From IMG/VR virus record IMGVR_UViG_2663763270_000002: a stretch of 64,000 nt of DNA. The stretch is one strand, 5' to 3'. The stretch's first letter is position 1, and each line of letters opens with the position of its first letter. The translations under genes were made by a program, and so were the position numbers. The notes below the pieces were generated by a model. It had not been told where the DNA came from. It saw only the letters and a list, made by a program, of their open reading frames with translations, and searched no databases. Below are positions 63,919 to 64,000 of the stretch, in pieces. The stretch is from an uncultured virus (IMG/VR IMGVR_UViG_2663763270_000002) (taxonomy: Duplodnaviria > Heunggongvirae > Uroviricota > Caudoviricetes).

Positions 63919-64000
63919 ACGTCACTCCCGAATTTGGAAAGCGCCGACCGTAGCGCCCGGACCATCCTCCGCCGGGGAGGCGGCAGGGGCGTTGTCGGCA

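Larger units (their letters stand above)
59487..64000 (+). repeat. Direct repeat of 1..4514 (circular wrap, concatemer or tandem copy)
   Basis: tcatgtcacccgg restarts at 59487; ORF translations are identical with offset 59486. Confidence 0.97.

Overview
The window holds one complete 59,486-bp temperate actinobacteriophage genome (siphovirus; Nocardia-like host suspected), followed by an apparently exact second copy of its first 4,514 bp (59487-64000). The minus-strand arm (27071 down to 1) carries a tRNA/structured-RNA cluster, HNH, an Acb2-like protein, terminase, portal, head, tail and lysis genes. The plus-strand arm (27541-57534) resembles the right arm of mycobacteriophage cluster A: immunity repressor, Cas4-like nuclease, helicase, endonuclease VII, split primase, phosphoesterase/RDF, class II RNR, ThyX, PolA, dCMP deaminase, Pnk-like phosphatase and RNA ligase. 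The arms converge at a Bxb1-type serine integrase with an intact candidate attP. Main observations: 13 oriented GTTGACACA(A/G)AAC operators, five of which double as sigmaA -35 boxes; rrn-boxA-like elements at fixed spacing behind some of these promoters; a LexA box upstream of the repressor; a nucleotidyltransferase followed by three tandem paralogues; an XRE-beta-barrel/CutA cassette disrupted by an IS5-family element; an anticodon-less mini-tRNA; several non-tRNA folded elements among the tRNAs; and an ATT-initiated helicase. Family assignments come from motif recognition by eye; no database searches were run.
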